From positions 16,941 to 80,940 of the forward strand of contig CACEVB010000002.1 of NCBI GenBank assembly GCA_902562875.1: 64,000 nt of DNA, written 5' to 3'. This DNA is from an uncultured Pelagibacteraceae bacterium. GTDB lineage: Bacteria; Pseudomonadota; Alphaproteobacteria; Pelagibacterales; Pelagibacteraceae. Below, in pieces: positions 51,344-60,962 of this stretch; position 1 is the first letter of the stretch; each line of letters begins with the position of its first letter. Made by a program: the position numbers and the translations under genes. Below the pieces are notes generated by a model. It made no database searches. It was not told the origin of the DNA and saw nothing but the letters and a program-made list of their open reading frames with translations.

Positions 51344-52465
51344 TTTTTTCAAGTAATTTAATCTTCCAATAATTTCATCTCTGTCCATATAATATCCTTG
51401 TAAATGTCTATGACCAGAGTTTGGGTCAAACTCAGTTCGACCATGCAAAACTCTTCTATTATTAAAAGAAAATATATCACCTGGCTCCATTCTAAAATTA
51501 ATTTGAAACTTATCGCTATGCAATAAATTACCAAATTCATGATGAGCTTTATAAACTTTATCCATAATGTCCGGATGACAGTCTAACGCGTCCATAGTAG
51601 CAACACTAAATCTTATATCGTGATAATCGTTATCTTTAGTTAATCCTATAGCCGGGGCATGGTAACCTCTGTGATTTTCTTGAGTGTAGTCTTTGTCTCT
51701 AAATTTTAAATAAACTTCGGTTAAGGTATTAAAGATCTCTTTATTATTGTGTTTTAAATACTCTGCAACAGCAAAACCATCTACTGCCGAAGACTCTCCT
51801 CCTTTAGCAGAATTTATTAGACAATGTAAAAATTGATAACCAGGTGGGTTTTCAAACCAAGGTAAGTCCATGTGATTTCTCAAAGCATGAGCTGTGTATG
51901 CTGAATTGTTAGGCTTTGGAATATTTATAACCTCAAATGGAGTTTTAAAAAAAGTTTCTCTAGTATGACTAATTCTATTTAATACTGCAAATCCAGATTT
52001 CTCTTCAACTGGTGCATTTTTAACAATTGCAATACCTGTGTGATGTAGTAATTCAAGCCATTTAATCAATCCATCATTACTTTCAATTATTTCATCATGT
52101 TCAACACATATTGATTTAAACTCATCCCTCAGTGAACTATCCCATAATTTATAAGGTGAAATATATTTTTTTTTATTTTTAATTGTGTAACAATTTTCTC
52201 TTAACCAATTTAAGTCAAAATAGCTTATATGATTGCCCTCACTCCACTCAATCTCCAATTTACCGTCTTTGTTAATATTATAATTTTTTGGATTAATTTC
52301 TTTACTTACATTAAGTATATTAAACATTCTGTGGTTAGAGTCTTTGTCATGTGCAGTCGGGCAATTATCTCTAAGCCATAAATAATTAAACTTACTTTCC
52401 TCTCCGTCTGCCCAAAGGACTTTTAAATATGTACTATTTTTTTCTAGCTTCTTAATTTCAGCCAT
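51335..52465 (-). CDS. Gamma-butyrobetaine/trimethyllysine dioxygenase family (2OG-Fe(II))
   Basis: N-terminal WLRDNC domain, AYT, HMD, LHC, VDGF, NRRVLHGR, RHLQGYY. Confidence 0.88.
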   Translation of the reverse strand: MAEIKKLEKNSTYLKVLWADGEESKFNYLWLRDNCPTAHDKDSNHRMFNILNVSKEINPKNYNINKDGKLEIEWSEGNHISYFDLNWLRENCYTIKNKKKYISPYKLWDSSLRDEFKSICVEHDEIIESNDGLIKWLELLHHTGIAIVKNAPVEEKSGFAVLNRISHTRETFFKTPFEVINIPKPNNSAYTAHALRNHMDLPWFENPPGYQFLHCLINSAKGGESSAVDGFAVAEYLKHNNKEIFNTLTEVYLKFRDKDYTQENHRGYHAPAIGLTKDNDYHDIRFSVATMDALDCHPDIMDKVYKAHHEFGNLLHSDKFQINFRMEPGDIFSFNNRRVLHGRTEFDPNSGHRHLQGYYMDRDEIIGRLNYLKKLR

Positions 52466-52532
52466 AAATCAATAATTATTTAAAATACTAAAATTTGCAA
52501 GAAACAAAATCAACTGTTACAAAGTTATTTAA

Positions 52533-53558
52533 ATGACCAAAATAGAAATAAATAACGTTTACAAAATTTTTGGTAGTAATCCCAAGTCAATCCTCCCTAT
52601 GGTCAAAGAAGGAGCAACTAAAGAAGAAATACTTGATAAAACTGGACATACAGTTGGTTTAGATAATGTTTCATTAAAAATTGAAGAAGGAGAAACGTTT
52701 GTGTGCATGGGCTTATCTGGATCAGGAAAATCAACTCTAATAAGACATCTTAACAGACTTATCGATCCAACTGACGGAGAAATAATAGTGGAAGGTACTA
52801 ATGTAATGAGTTTAAACAAAAAACAATTGATAGAGTTTAGAAGACACAAAATGAGCATGGTCTTTCAAAGATTTGGTTTGTTTCCACACAGGACAGTAAT
52901 GGATAATGTCGGTTATGGACTAGAAATGCAAGGGGTTGCCGATACCGAAAGAAAAAAAACAGCTATGGAAAAAATTGAAGCTGTAGGCCTAAGTGGATTT
53001 GAAAATCAATATCCAGCACAATTATCAGGTGGTATGCAACAAAGAGTTGGACTAGCTAGGGCATTAGCAAATGACACAGACATTATGCTAATGGATGAAG
53101 CCTTTTCAGCATTAGACCCTTTAATTAGAAGTGATATGCAAAAACAATTAATAGATCTTCAATCAGAATTAAAAAAAACTATAGTTTTTATTACACATGA
53201 CTTAGATGAGTCTTTAAGACTTGGAGACCATATTGGAATTTTAAATCATGGAAAGCTAGTACAGGTAGGAACTCCTTTTGATATTATAATGAATCCTGCT
53301 GATAATTATGTAAAAGCTTTTGTAAAAGATGTTAACAGAACTAAAGTTATAAAAGCAAAAACAATTATGAGGTCTGGAGAGAATATAAATGGAATTGACA
53401 AAAATAATCTTATAAAAGTAAAAGAAGAACAGTTTGTAGAAGAGTTTCTTCCTCAGGTTGTTGGTACAAATACTAGTTGTGAAGTTGTAGATAAAAGCGG
53501 AAAAATTAAAGGTTATATTACAAAGAAAGAACTACAGAAGACACTCACCAAGTCTTAG
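52533..53558 (+). CDS. Betaine/choline/carnitine-type ABC transporter ATPase #2
   Basis: GLSGSGKST, LSGGMQQRVGLARAL, DEAFSALDPLIRSDMQ. Confidence 0.93.
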   Translation: MTKIEINNVYKIFGSNPKSILPMVKEGATKEEILDKTGHTVGLDNVSLKIEEGETFVCMGLSGSGKSTLIRHLNRLIDPTDGEIIVEGTNVMSLNKKQLIEFRRHKMSMVFQRFGLFPHRTVMDNVGYGLEMQGVADTERKKTAMEKIEAVGLSGFENQYPAQLSGGMQQRVGLARALANDTDIMLMDEAFSALDPLIRSDMQKQLIDLQSELKKTIVFITHDLDESLRLGDHIGILNHGKLVQVGTPFDIIMNPADNYVKAFVKDVNRTKVIKAKTIMRSGENINGIDKNNLIKVKEEQFVEEFLPQVVGTNTSCEVVDKSGKIKGYITKKELQKTLTKS

Positions 53559-53560
53559 GT

Positions 53561-54349
53561 ATGCAAAATAAATCATTAAAGAATAAAAAAATAGTTATTT
53601 CAGGTGGTGCATCTGGAATAGGTTTAGCAATAACCAAAACCTGTTTAAAGAGAGGTGCAACTGTACTAGTTACAGATATAGATAAAAAATTCATAAATAG
53701 GCTAAAAAGAAATTCTAGTTATAAAAAAAGTTTATTTTTATATAATTTTGATGCTGCTGATGAGAATGATGTTAGTAATTTTTTTAAATCTATTTCATTA
53801 AAATTTAAAAAAATTGATTGTCTAATTAATAATGTTGGTATAGCTGGGCCAACTGGAACATTAGAGAAGCTCACATCTAAAGATTGGGAACAAACTTTAA
53901 AAATAAATGTTATAAGTCATTTTTATTTTACTAAACTTGCAATACCTTTATTAAAAAAGAATAAAAGTAGTTCAATAATAAATATTTCTTCAGGGGCTGG
54001 AGTGTTAGGTTTTCCTTTAAGATCTCCATATGCAGCGAGTAAATGGGCAGTAATAGGAATTACAAAAACTTTAGCTATGGAGCTAGGAAGATATAAAATT
54101 AGAGTGAATGCTATTTGTCCAGGCACCATTAAAGGAAATAGAATGTCAAAAGTAATAGAAGATAAAGCTAAGTTTCTTAAGGTTTCTAAAAAAAAAGTTG
54201 AAAATGATTTTCTAAAAATGTCATCAATGAAAAGTTGGATATATGGTGATGACGTTGCTAATATGTGTGCGTTTTTAGTATCTAAAGATTCCGAAAGAAT
54301 TTCAGGTCAGGTAATAGGTGTTAATGGTAATGAACTTAGACTTGATTAA
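53561..54349 (+). CDS. Short-chain dehydrogenase/reductase
   Basis: GGASGIG, NNVG, YAASK, VNAICPG. Confidence 0.93.
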   Translation: MQNKSLKNKKIVISGGASGIGLAITKTCLKRGATVLVTDIDKKFINRLKRNSSYKKSLFLYNFDAADENDVSNFFKSISLKFKKIDCLINNVGIAGPTGTLEKLTSKDWEQTLKINVISHFYFTKLAIPLLKKNKSSSIINISSGAGVLGFPLRSPYAASKWAVIGITKTLAMELGRYKIRVNAICPGTIKGNRMSKVIEDKAKFLKVSKKKVENDFLKMSSMKSWIYGDDVANMCAFLVSKDSERISGQVIGVNGNELRLD

Positions 54350-54350
54350 A

Positions 54351-54788
54351 TTAAAGTTGTCCAATTAATTCAGGAGCAATTTTTTTAGATTTTCCAACAA
54401 ATCTTAAAGAATTTATTTTATCAAGGTTAGACTTATCTCCATCGACTACAACAAAACCTATCATGCCCATAGCTTTATGTGGTGTACACTGATAAGCATA
54501 AATTCCAGGAATAGTAAAAGTGTATTCTACATCCACATTCATTTTTGATTTAAACTTATCAACACCATCTGGTGTTCCATTTCTTATAAATTCTACGTTA
54601 TGACCCTTAGTTGTTGATTTCCAAATAATAGTGTCTCCAGTATTAATTTTGGCAATTTTTTGCGAGTAAACCATCATTTCATTTCCTGATTTATTAAGCA
54701 TTTCTATTACTAAGGTCTCAGAAAAAGCTTTCAGTGTAAAAAGTGAGCTTAAAAGGACGTAAAAGATTATTTTTGACACTGATTTCAT
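54351..54788 (-). CDS. Pseudoazurin-like blue copper protein
   Basis: Signal peptide, EMLN, GHNV, YQCTPHKAMGM type-1 Cu ligands. Confidence 0.9.
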   Translation of the reverse strand: MKSVSKIIFYVLLSSLFTLKAFSETLVIEMLNKSGNEMMVYSQKIAKINTGDTIIWKSTTKGHNVEFIRNGTPDGVDKFKSKMNVDVEYTFTIPGIYAYQCTPHKAMGMIGFVVVDGDKSNLDKINSLRFVGKSKKIAPELIGQL

Positions 54789-54853
54789 GAGGCCTATATA
54801 TTCTTAATTTTTGATCAATCAATAAAGATTTTTGGTACATGTTGCCACATGAT

Positions 54854-55261
54854 TTAAAGTTTTAAATCTTTTTCCGATATCTCCATAAATGGAAAATGTG
54901 AGTCTTCAAAATAAATATTTTTGGCTTTTTTCAAGATACTAATATCATCAAGTAAACCTGCATAAAGGTAAAATTTTTTCCATCTATCAACAAAAGTTAA
55001 TACTGGTGCTGCACATTTGCCACAAAAATACTTGGTTATTTTATTACCACTACCTCCTATATGATCGAAGGTAGACAATAAAGATTTGTCTAAATCTAAT
55101 GCTTTTTCACGAAGTTCAATGATTGACATCATGCCTCCTATTTTTTTTCTACAGTCTACACAATGACAACTAAATACTCTTGGAAGCTCGTCTAATGTAA
55201 CATTAAATTTAATAGCACCGCAAATACAACCACCTTTTTTATTTACAAACTTTTTTTCCAT
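54854..55261 (-). CDS. GFA (glutathione-dependent formaldehyde-activating/CENP-V) family protein
   Basis: GGCICG, CHCVDCRK, FCGKC. Confidence 0.88.
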   Translation of the reverse strand: MEKKFVNKKGGCICGAIKFNVTLDELPRVFSCHCVDCRKKIGGMMSIIELREKALDLDKSLLSTFDHIGGSGNKITKYFCGKCAAPVLTFVDRWKKFYLYAGLLDDISILKKAKNIYFEDSHFPFMEISEKDLKL

Positions 55262-56205
55262 TAATTTCTAACTTTCTTTAAGTATTTGTTTCTTAAAATT
55301 TGTAGATTAATCAGATAATCATCTCTTATATCAGCTAATTTCGTCACAGATTTACCTCTGGCCTGACTCTTAGTACCTTTAATAATTCTATCAGATAGCT
55401 TTTTTGTAAGTTTTGGAGCTTTTAACTTGGTCCAAGGTAATTTTAAAGCTGGTCCGAATTGTCTTAACATATGTTTCATTCCTTGATTTCCACCCGCAAG
55501 GTGAAAAGTTAAAAATGTTCCCATAAGTGAATATCTTAACCCTGGTCCATCTTCAATAGCTCTATCCAGTTCCTTTGTAGTTGCATAATTTTCGTTAATT
55601 ATGTGCAAACCTTCTCTCCATAAGGCCTCTTGTAGCCTGTCCGCTAAGTAACCAGGTAATTCTTTCTTAACCATAATTGGACTCATTGAAATTGATTCAT
55701 AAAATTTCTTAGCTTTTGTTAAAAATAATTTTTTGGTTTTTTTACCTGGCACAATTTCAATGCCTGGTAATAAATATACCGGATTGAAAGGATGGCCTAT
55801 CAAGCCCCTCTCGGGATGTTTACATTTTGAGTATATTTTGGATGGAAGTAAACCAGAGGAACTAGAGGATATAATACTACTTGGTTTTGAGTATAAACCA
55901 ATTTTTTTTAAAAGTTTAGTTTTTATAGTATAATTTTCAGGAGCACATTCAAAAATAAATTCTGCATTTGTTAAAGCATCATGTAAATTTGTGTAAAAGG
56001 ATAGATTATGTAAATTTAATTTATTTTTTTTGAACATTTTTTTTACAAATGGCCAAGTCCTTTTGATTTCTTTAATTAAATTATTTTTATGTTTAAAATT
56101 AATGTCGTAAGCTCTTACTTTTTTACCGTGGGCTAAACACCTAATCACCCAACCTGTTCCTATTACTCCAGTTCCTATCACAGCAACATTTTTAAAAATA
56201 GACAT
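55261..56205 (-). CDS. cdhA: L-carnitine 3-dehydrogenase
   Basis: GTGVIGTGW, SSSSG, GHPFNPVYLLP, DRLQEALWRE, GPALKLPWTKL. Confidence 0.85.
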   Translation of the reverse strand: MSIFKNVAVIGTGVIGTGWVIRCLAHGKKVRAYDINFKHKNNLIKEIKRTWPFVKKMFKKNKLNLHNLSFYTNLHDALTNAEFIFECAPENYTIKTKLLKKIGLYSKPSSIISSSSSGLLPSKIYSKCKHPERGLIGHPFNPVYLLPGIEIVPGKKTKKLFLTKAKKFYESISMSPIMVKKELPGYLADRLQEALWREGLHIINENYATTKELDRAIEDGPGLRYSLMGTFLTFHLAGGNQGMKHMLRQFGPALKLPWTKLKAPKLTKKLSDRIIKGTKSQARGKSVTKLADIRDDYLINLQILRNKYLKKVRN

Positions 56206-57089
56206 TACTTGTGTTTTACAAGTTTTAATTTCTCTCTCGTTTCTTGAGGTGTCATAATAGATGCACCTAAATCTTCAACTATTCGTCTAGCCTTCTCAAC
56301 TAATTGAGGATTTGTAGCTAGCTTACCTTTAGATATATATAGATTATCCTCTAATCCTACTCTTGGATTACCTCCCATGACAACAGTTTGAGCTACATAA
56401 GGCATTTCATTTCTTGAAATTGCAAAACCAGACCAAACGGCCTCTTTTGGCATAATATCTTTCATTGCTTGCATTGCTAAAGGAGTTGCAGGTGCTCCCC
56501 ATGGTATACCTAAACACATTTGAAACATTGGAGGATCGCTCAACAAACCTTCCTTATAAAGTTGAGCACCAAACCACATATTGCCAAGATCGAAAGCCTC
56601 TATTTCTGGTTTTACTTTTATTTCCTGCAATTTTTTTGCAGCTTTTCTTAAGTCTCTTGGTGTATTTACAGTTATCACAGATCCGTCTCCAAAGTTTAGT
56701 GTTCCACAATCTAATGTGCATATTTCTGGAAGAAATTGTTCTGCATTTGCAATTCTTTCCATCACATTAATCATGTCAGTTAATGGTCCGAACTCTAAAG
56801 GTTTTTTTTCTCCAATATCAAGGTCTCCTCCCATGCCTGTTGTTAAATTAAGAACAACATCTGTATCTGAAGATCTTACCCTATCAACAACTTCTTTATA
56901 AAGTTCTAATCGTCTACTAGGAGTTCCATCATCCTCTCTTACATGAATATGAGCGATTGCGGCCCCAGCTTTTGCTGCCTCTATTGAGGCTTTTGCAATT
57001 TGTTCTGGAGTTTTTGGTAAATCTGGATGTTTGCTAGCTGTATCGCCAGATCCTGTTACCGCACAAGAGATAAATACTTTATTATTCAT
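56205..57089 (-). CDS. cdhC: Beta-keto acid cleavage enzyme (3-dehydrocarnitine cleavage, BKACE/Kce family)
   Basis: CAVTG, AHIHVR, TTGMGG, LDCGTLNF, RVGLEDN; translationally coupled to carnitine DH. Confidence 0.85.
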   Translation of the reverse strand: MNNKVFISCAVTGSGDTASKHPDLPKTPEQIAKASIEAAKAGAAIAHIHVREDDGTPSRRLELYKEVVDRVRSSDTDVVLNLTTGMGGDLDIGEKKPLEFGPLTDMINVMERIANAEQFLPEICTLDCGTLNFGDGSVITVNTPRDLRKAAKKLQEIKVKPEIEAFDLGNMWFGAQLYKEGLLSDPPMFQMCLGIPWGAPATPLAMQAMKDIMPKEAVWSGFAISRNEMPYVAQTVVMGGNPRVGLEDNLYISKGKLATNPQLVEKARRIVEDLGASIMTPQETREKLKLVKHK

Positions 57090-57147
57090 TTTTATTAGTT
57101 AGAAGTATAATATCATATCAACTAAGATTATAGGATATAATAATTTA

Positions 57148-58005
57148 ATGGAATTAAATAAAATAAAAGTAAGACGTAGCTTTATTTTTACACCTGGTCT
57201 AAATCCTGAAATGTTCCCTAAAGCTCTAGCTTCAGGTGCAGACATGGTATGTATTGAATTAGAAGATGGAATTGCAATTAAAGATAAGGATGAAGCACGG
57301 AAGAATACAATTAATGCATTAAAAACATTAGAGGTAAAAAATGATGTAGAGTTAGTTGTTAGAGTAAATTGCCAAAGAACTAAACCGGGTCTTTTAGATT
57401 TAGAAGCTTTTGTTTCAAGTAAACTAAAAGTTAAAGCTTTGATGCTACCAAAAGTTAAAACTCCAGATGAGATAACTTTCATTGATGATTTATTAACTGA
57501 TTGTAACTTGGATACTGATCTTCATGTTATAATGGAAACAAATGAGGCCCTTGAAAATATATATAATATTGCTCATGCAAGTAAAAGAATTGTAGCATTG
57601 TATTTTGGAGGTGTTGATATGGCTGCAGAGCTAAGAGTTCCAAATAGTTATGAAAATCTAATTTATGCAAGATCTAAATTGGTACACGCCGGTGCTAGTG
57701 TTGGGGTTGATGTTATAGATGTTCCTTATCTGGATCTAGAAGATATGGATGGAATGAAAAAAGAAGCAGAACTTGTTAGAAATTTAGGATTCACTGGCAA
57801 AGGGTCTATTCATCCTAAACAAATAAATATTTTAAATAAAGTTTTTACTCCGTCTGATGAAGAAATAACTAAAGCAAAAAAAATAATAGATCAATTTAAC
57901 GCATCTGATACAGGACTTGTTGTTATTGAGGGTAAGTTAATCGAGAAACCTGTTCTTAGAGAAATGCAAAGAAGAATATTGGTAGCTGAGAAAATAAGTA
58001 AATGA
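57148..58005 (+). CDS. CitE/HpcH-family CoA-ester lyase
   Basis: RRSFIFTPG, ELEDG, VRVN, LPKV, MET, GKGSIHPKQI. Confidence 0.88.
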   Translation: MELNKIKVRRSFIFTPGLNPEMFPKALASGADMVCIELEDGIAIKDKDEARKNTINALKTLEVKNDVELVVRVNCQRTKPGLLDLEAFVSSKLKVKALMLPKVKTPDEITFIDDLLTDCNLDTDLHVIMETNEALENIYNIAHASKRIVALYFGGVDMAAELRVPNSYENLIYARSKLVHAGASVGVDVIDVPYLDLEDMDGMKKEAELVRNLGFTGKGSIHPKQINILNKVFTPSDEEITKAKKIIDQFNASDTGLVVIEGKLIEKPVLREMQRRILVAEKISK

Positions 58006-58472
58006 GTATCTTTTTAACAAAACAAAAAATTAAAAAAGAGTGGACCGATTATAATGGTCATATGAACGTTGCTTATTATGTATTAATATTTGATCAATAT
58101 GGTTCAGAGGAGTTAATGACATTATTTAAAATGGGTGAAGAGTCTGCAAAAACAACAAAAAAAAGTACTATGGTCGTCGAGTCGCACATAACATACAATC
58201 AGGAAGTTCAAGAAGGTGATGAGGTGGACGTTAATCTAATTTTTTGCGACCATGATAAAAAAAGAATTCTATATAAGCTTGAAATGGTCCATAGTGAGAA
58301 AAAATATGTTGCATCAACAATTGAGGCATTATCTCTATATGTAGATTTAGCTGAAAGAAAAGTTGCAGAATTTGAAAAAGAGAAAGTTCAAATAATGGAT
58401 GACTATATATCAAAACATAAAGATAATTTTAAAATTGATAATTTAAAATTTTTATCAAAATTAAAAAAATAA
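58002..58472 (+). CDS. cdhB: Hotdog thioesterase, betainyl-CoA thioesterase-like
   Basis: EWTDYNGHMNVAYY motif; carnitine cluster context. Confidence 0.7.
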   Translation: MSIFLTKQKIKKEWTDYNGHMNVAYYVLIFDQYGSEELMTLFKMGEESAKTTKKSTMVVESHITYNQEVQEGDEVDVNLIFCDHDKKRILYKLEMVHSEKKYVASTIEALSLYVDLAERKVAEFEKEKVQIMDDYISKHKDNFKIDNLKFLSKLKK

Positions 58473-58521
58473 TTTTAAAATTCTTAGTGACAAATTTAAA
58501 GGCAATATATATTCTTTAATA

Positions 58522-59349
58522 ATGAAAATTAATTTACTTTCAGGCGCTTTAGGTGCTGAAATTAAAGGTATTAGCTTAAAAGATACCTCAAAAGAAAATT
58601 GGGAAAAGATTAATTCTTTAATGTTAGAACACAAGGTAGTTTTCTTTAGAGATCAGGATATTTCATCGGATGAACAGATGAAGTTAGCAAGGCACTTTGG
58701 ACCGCTTGAAAAACATGTATATGTCAAAGCTAGAAATAACTATCCAGAAATTTTAAGAATTATTAAAGCACCAGATGAAAAACATCAATGGGGCGAAGGT
58801 TGGCATACAGATGTAAGCTACAATCCCAAACCAACTAAAGTTATAATATTAAGATCTCATAAAATCCCACCTGTGGGTGGAGATACAATGTTTTCTAACA
58901 TGGAGTTAGCATACGAGACTTTAGATAATGACATTAAGAATAAAATTAAAAGAAAAAAGGCAGTTCATAGTTCTTTAGGCGCAGCCGCGTTTACTGAAAA
59001 TTATAAAGAAATGCAAGGAAATGGAAATTTACAAGAATATTCAAATATTCACCCTATAGTAAGAGTTCACCCAGAAACTGGAAATAAAATTTTATTTGTT
59101 AATTCTATGTACACCAAAAAAATTTTAGATTTAAGTGAAAGAGAGAGCGATGAAATATTAAAAAAAATTTTTAAACATCAAGAAAGATTAGATTTTACTT
59201 GTAGGATTAAATGGACAGAAAACGCTGTAGCTATTTGGGATAACAGATCACTCCTTCATCAAGGATTAAGTGACTTTTTTCCTGGTCGTGGCTTAGGTTA
59301 TGCAAGGGTTATGGATAGAATAGCTATTGAAGGTGATGAACCAAAATAA
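58522..59349 (+). CDS. TauD/AtsK-family 2OG-Fe(II) dioxygenase
   Basis: LGAEI, WHTDVSY, GGDT, HPIVRVHPETG, WDNR..LH. Confidence 0.9.
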   Translation: MKINLLSGALGAEIKGISLKDTSKENWEKINSLMLEHKVVFFRDQDISSDEQMKLARHFGPLEKHVYVKARNNYPEILRIIKAPDEKHQWGEGWHTDVSYNPKPTKVIILRSHKIPPVGGDTMFSNMELAYETLDNDIKNKIKRKKAVHSSLGAAAFTENYKEMQGNGNLQEYSNIHPIVRVHPETGNKILFVNSMYTKKILDLSERESDEILKKIFKHQERLDFTCRIKWTENAVAIWDNRSLLHQGLSDFFPGRGLGYARVMDRIAIEGDEPK

Positions 59350-59352
59350 ATT

Positions 59353-60936
59353 ATGAATTTTGATTATATAATAATTGGCGGGGGATCTGCTGGTTGTGTA
59401 TTAGCCAACAGGCTAAGTGAAAATTCAAAAAATAATGTAGCACTTATAGAAGCAGGTAAGGATAGCGATATTTGGAAAGTTAATATGCCATTGGCAATAC
59501 TTTATGCTATGCATGATCCTAAGTATAATTATAAATATTACTCTGAGCCTGAACCACACTTAAATAATAGAAAAATTTTTTGTCCACGAGGAAAAATGAT
59601 TGGTGGTTGCTCTGCACATAATGGAATGGTTTATGTTAGAGGAAATCCTAACGATTATTCAAGATGGGCTAGAATGGGACTTGATGAGTGGTCTTATGAA
59701 AAAGTTTTACCTTATTTCAAGAAAATTGAAACATGGTCTGAAGGTGGAAATGAATATAGAGGTGGCAGTGGTATTTTGCCAGTTAACCAGTCAAAAAACT
59801 CAAATCCTCTTTTCAAAGCATTTGTAAATTCTGCCGGGGAAGCTGGGTACAAAATAAATTCAGATATGAACGGTAAAGATCAAGAGGGTTTTGGAATGTA
59901 TGACGTAACTATACATAAAGGTGAGAGAGCAAGTGTTTCTAAGTATTATTTAAAACCAGCTAAATCTAGAAAAAATTTAAAAATCCTAACTGAAAAATAC
60001 GTAAAAAGAATAATATTCGATGGAAAAAAAGCTATTGGTATAGAAATTTTAAGCAAAAACAAAAAAGTTGAAAAAATTTACTCAAATAAAGAAATTATTT
60101 TAAGCGCGGGTGCAATTAATTCTCCACAAATACTGATGTTATCTGGAATAGGTCCAGGAGATCATTTAAGAGAAAATGGGATAAATGTTATTCATAATTT
60201 AGAAGGTGTTGGTGCTAATCTTCAAGATCACCTTGAGGTTTATATACAACAAGAATGTAAAAAACCTTTAACACTTTACTCTTATGTTAATAAAATTAAT
60301 ATGATTAAAATTGGAATTCAATGGTTCTTATCTAAAAAAGGACCTTGTTCTTATTCATTTTTAGAAGCAGGAGGTTTTTGTAAATCCTCTCCAGAACAAG
60401 AATATCCTAATATTCAATTCCATTTTTTTCCTGCATTTGTAATTGATCATGGTTTAGTTGATCCTGATAGACACGGTTTTCAACTACATGCAAGTCCAAA
60501 TCATCCAAAAAGTCGAGGTAATATAAAATTAAGAAGCTCAAATATTTTTGACTCTCCAATAATTAAATTTAATTATTTAGAGCATGAAGATGATTTGAGG
60601 CAGACAATTGAATGTGTGAAAGTTGCAAGAAATATACTTAAACAAAATTCTCTTAAAGAATATGCGGGAAGAGAGATTGGGCCTGGTGATGATGCTAAAT
60701 CTGATGAAAATATTGTTGAGTATATAAGATCAAAAGCTGAGACAGCCTATCATCCCTCATGTACACTTAAAATGGGTATAGATAAATCAGCGGTTGTAGA
60801 TCAAAAGCTAAAAATTCATGGGCTTGAAGGCATAAGAGTAGCTGATGCATCAGTTCTTCCTGAAATTACTAGTGGGAATTTAAATGCACCTGTAATTATG
60901 GTTGCAGAAAAAGCTTCAGACGTCATTTTAAATTAA
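59353..60936 (+). CDS. betA: Choline dehydrogenase (GMC oxidoreductase)
   Basis: GGGSAG, RGKMIGG, NLQDHLEVYIQ, ETAYHPSCT, GNLNAP. Confidence 0.85.
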   Translation: MNFDYIIIGGGSAGCVLANRLSENSKNNVALIEAGKDSDIWKVNMPLAILYAMHDPKYNYKYYSEPEPHLNNRKIFCPRGKMIGGCSAHNGMVYVRGNPNDYSRWARMGLDEWSYEKVLPYFKKIETWSEGGNEYRGGSGILPVNQSKNSNPLFKAFVNSAGEAGYKINSDMNGKDQEGFGMYDVTIHKGERASVSKYYLKPAKSRKNLKILTEKYVKRIIFDGKKAIGIEILSKNKKVEKIYSNKEIILSAGAINSPQILMLSGIGPGDHLRENGINVIHNLEGVGANLQDHLEVYIQQECKKPLTLYSYVNKINMIKIGIQWFLSKKGPCSYSFLEAGGFCKSSPEQEYPNIQFHFFPAFVIDHGLVDPDRHGFQLHASPNHPKSRGNIKLRSSNIFDSPIIKFNYLEHEDDLRQTIECVKVARNILKQNSLKEYAGREIGPGDDAKSDENIVEYIRSKAETAYHPSCTLKMGIDKSAVVDQKLKIHGLEGIRVADASVLPEITSGNLNAPVIMVAEKASDVILN

Positions 60937-60962
60937 TATAAAATTCAAAAAAACTTTGGTAT

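Noticed and set aside
54810-54822. TTGATcaATCAA upstream of pseudoazurin as an FNR box
   Set aside because: The spacer is 2 nt rather than the required 4.
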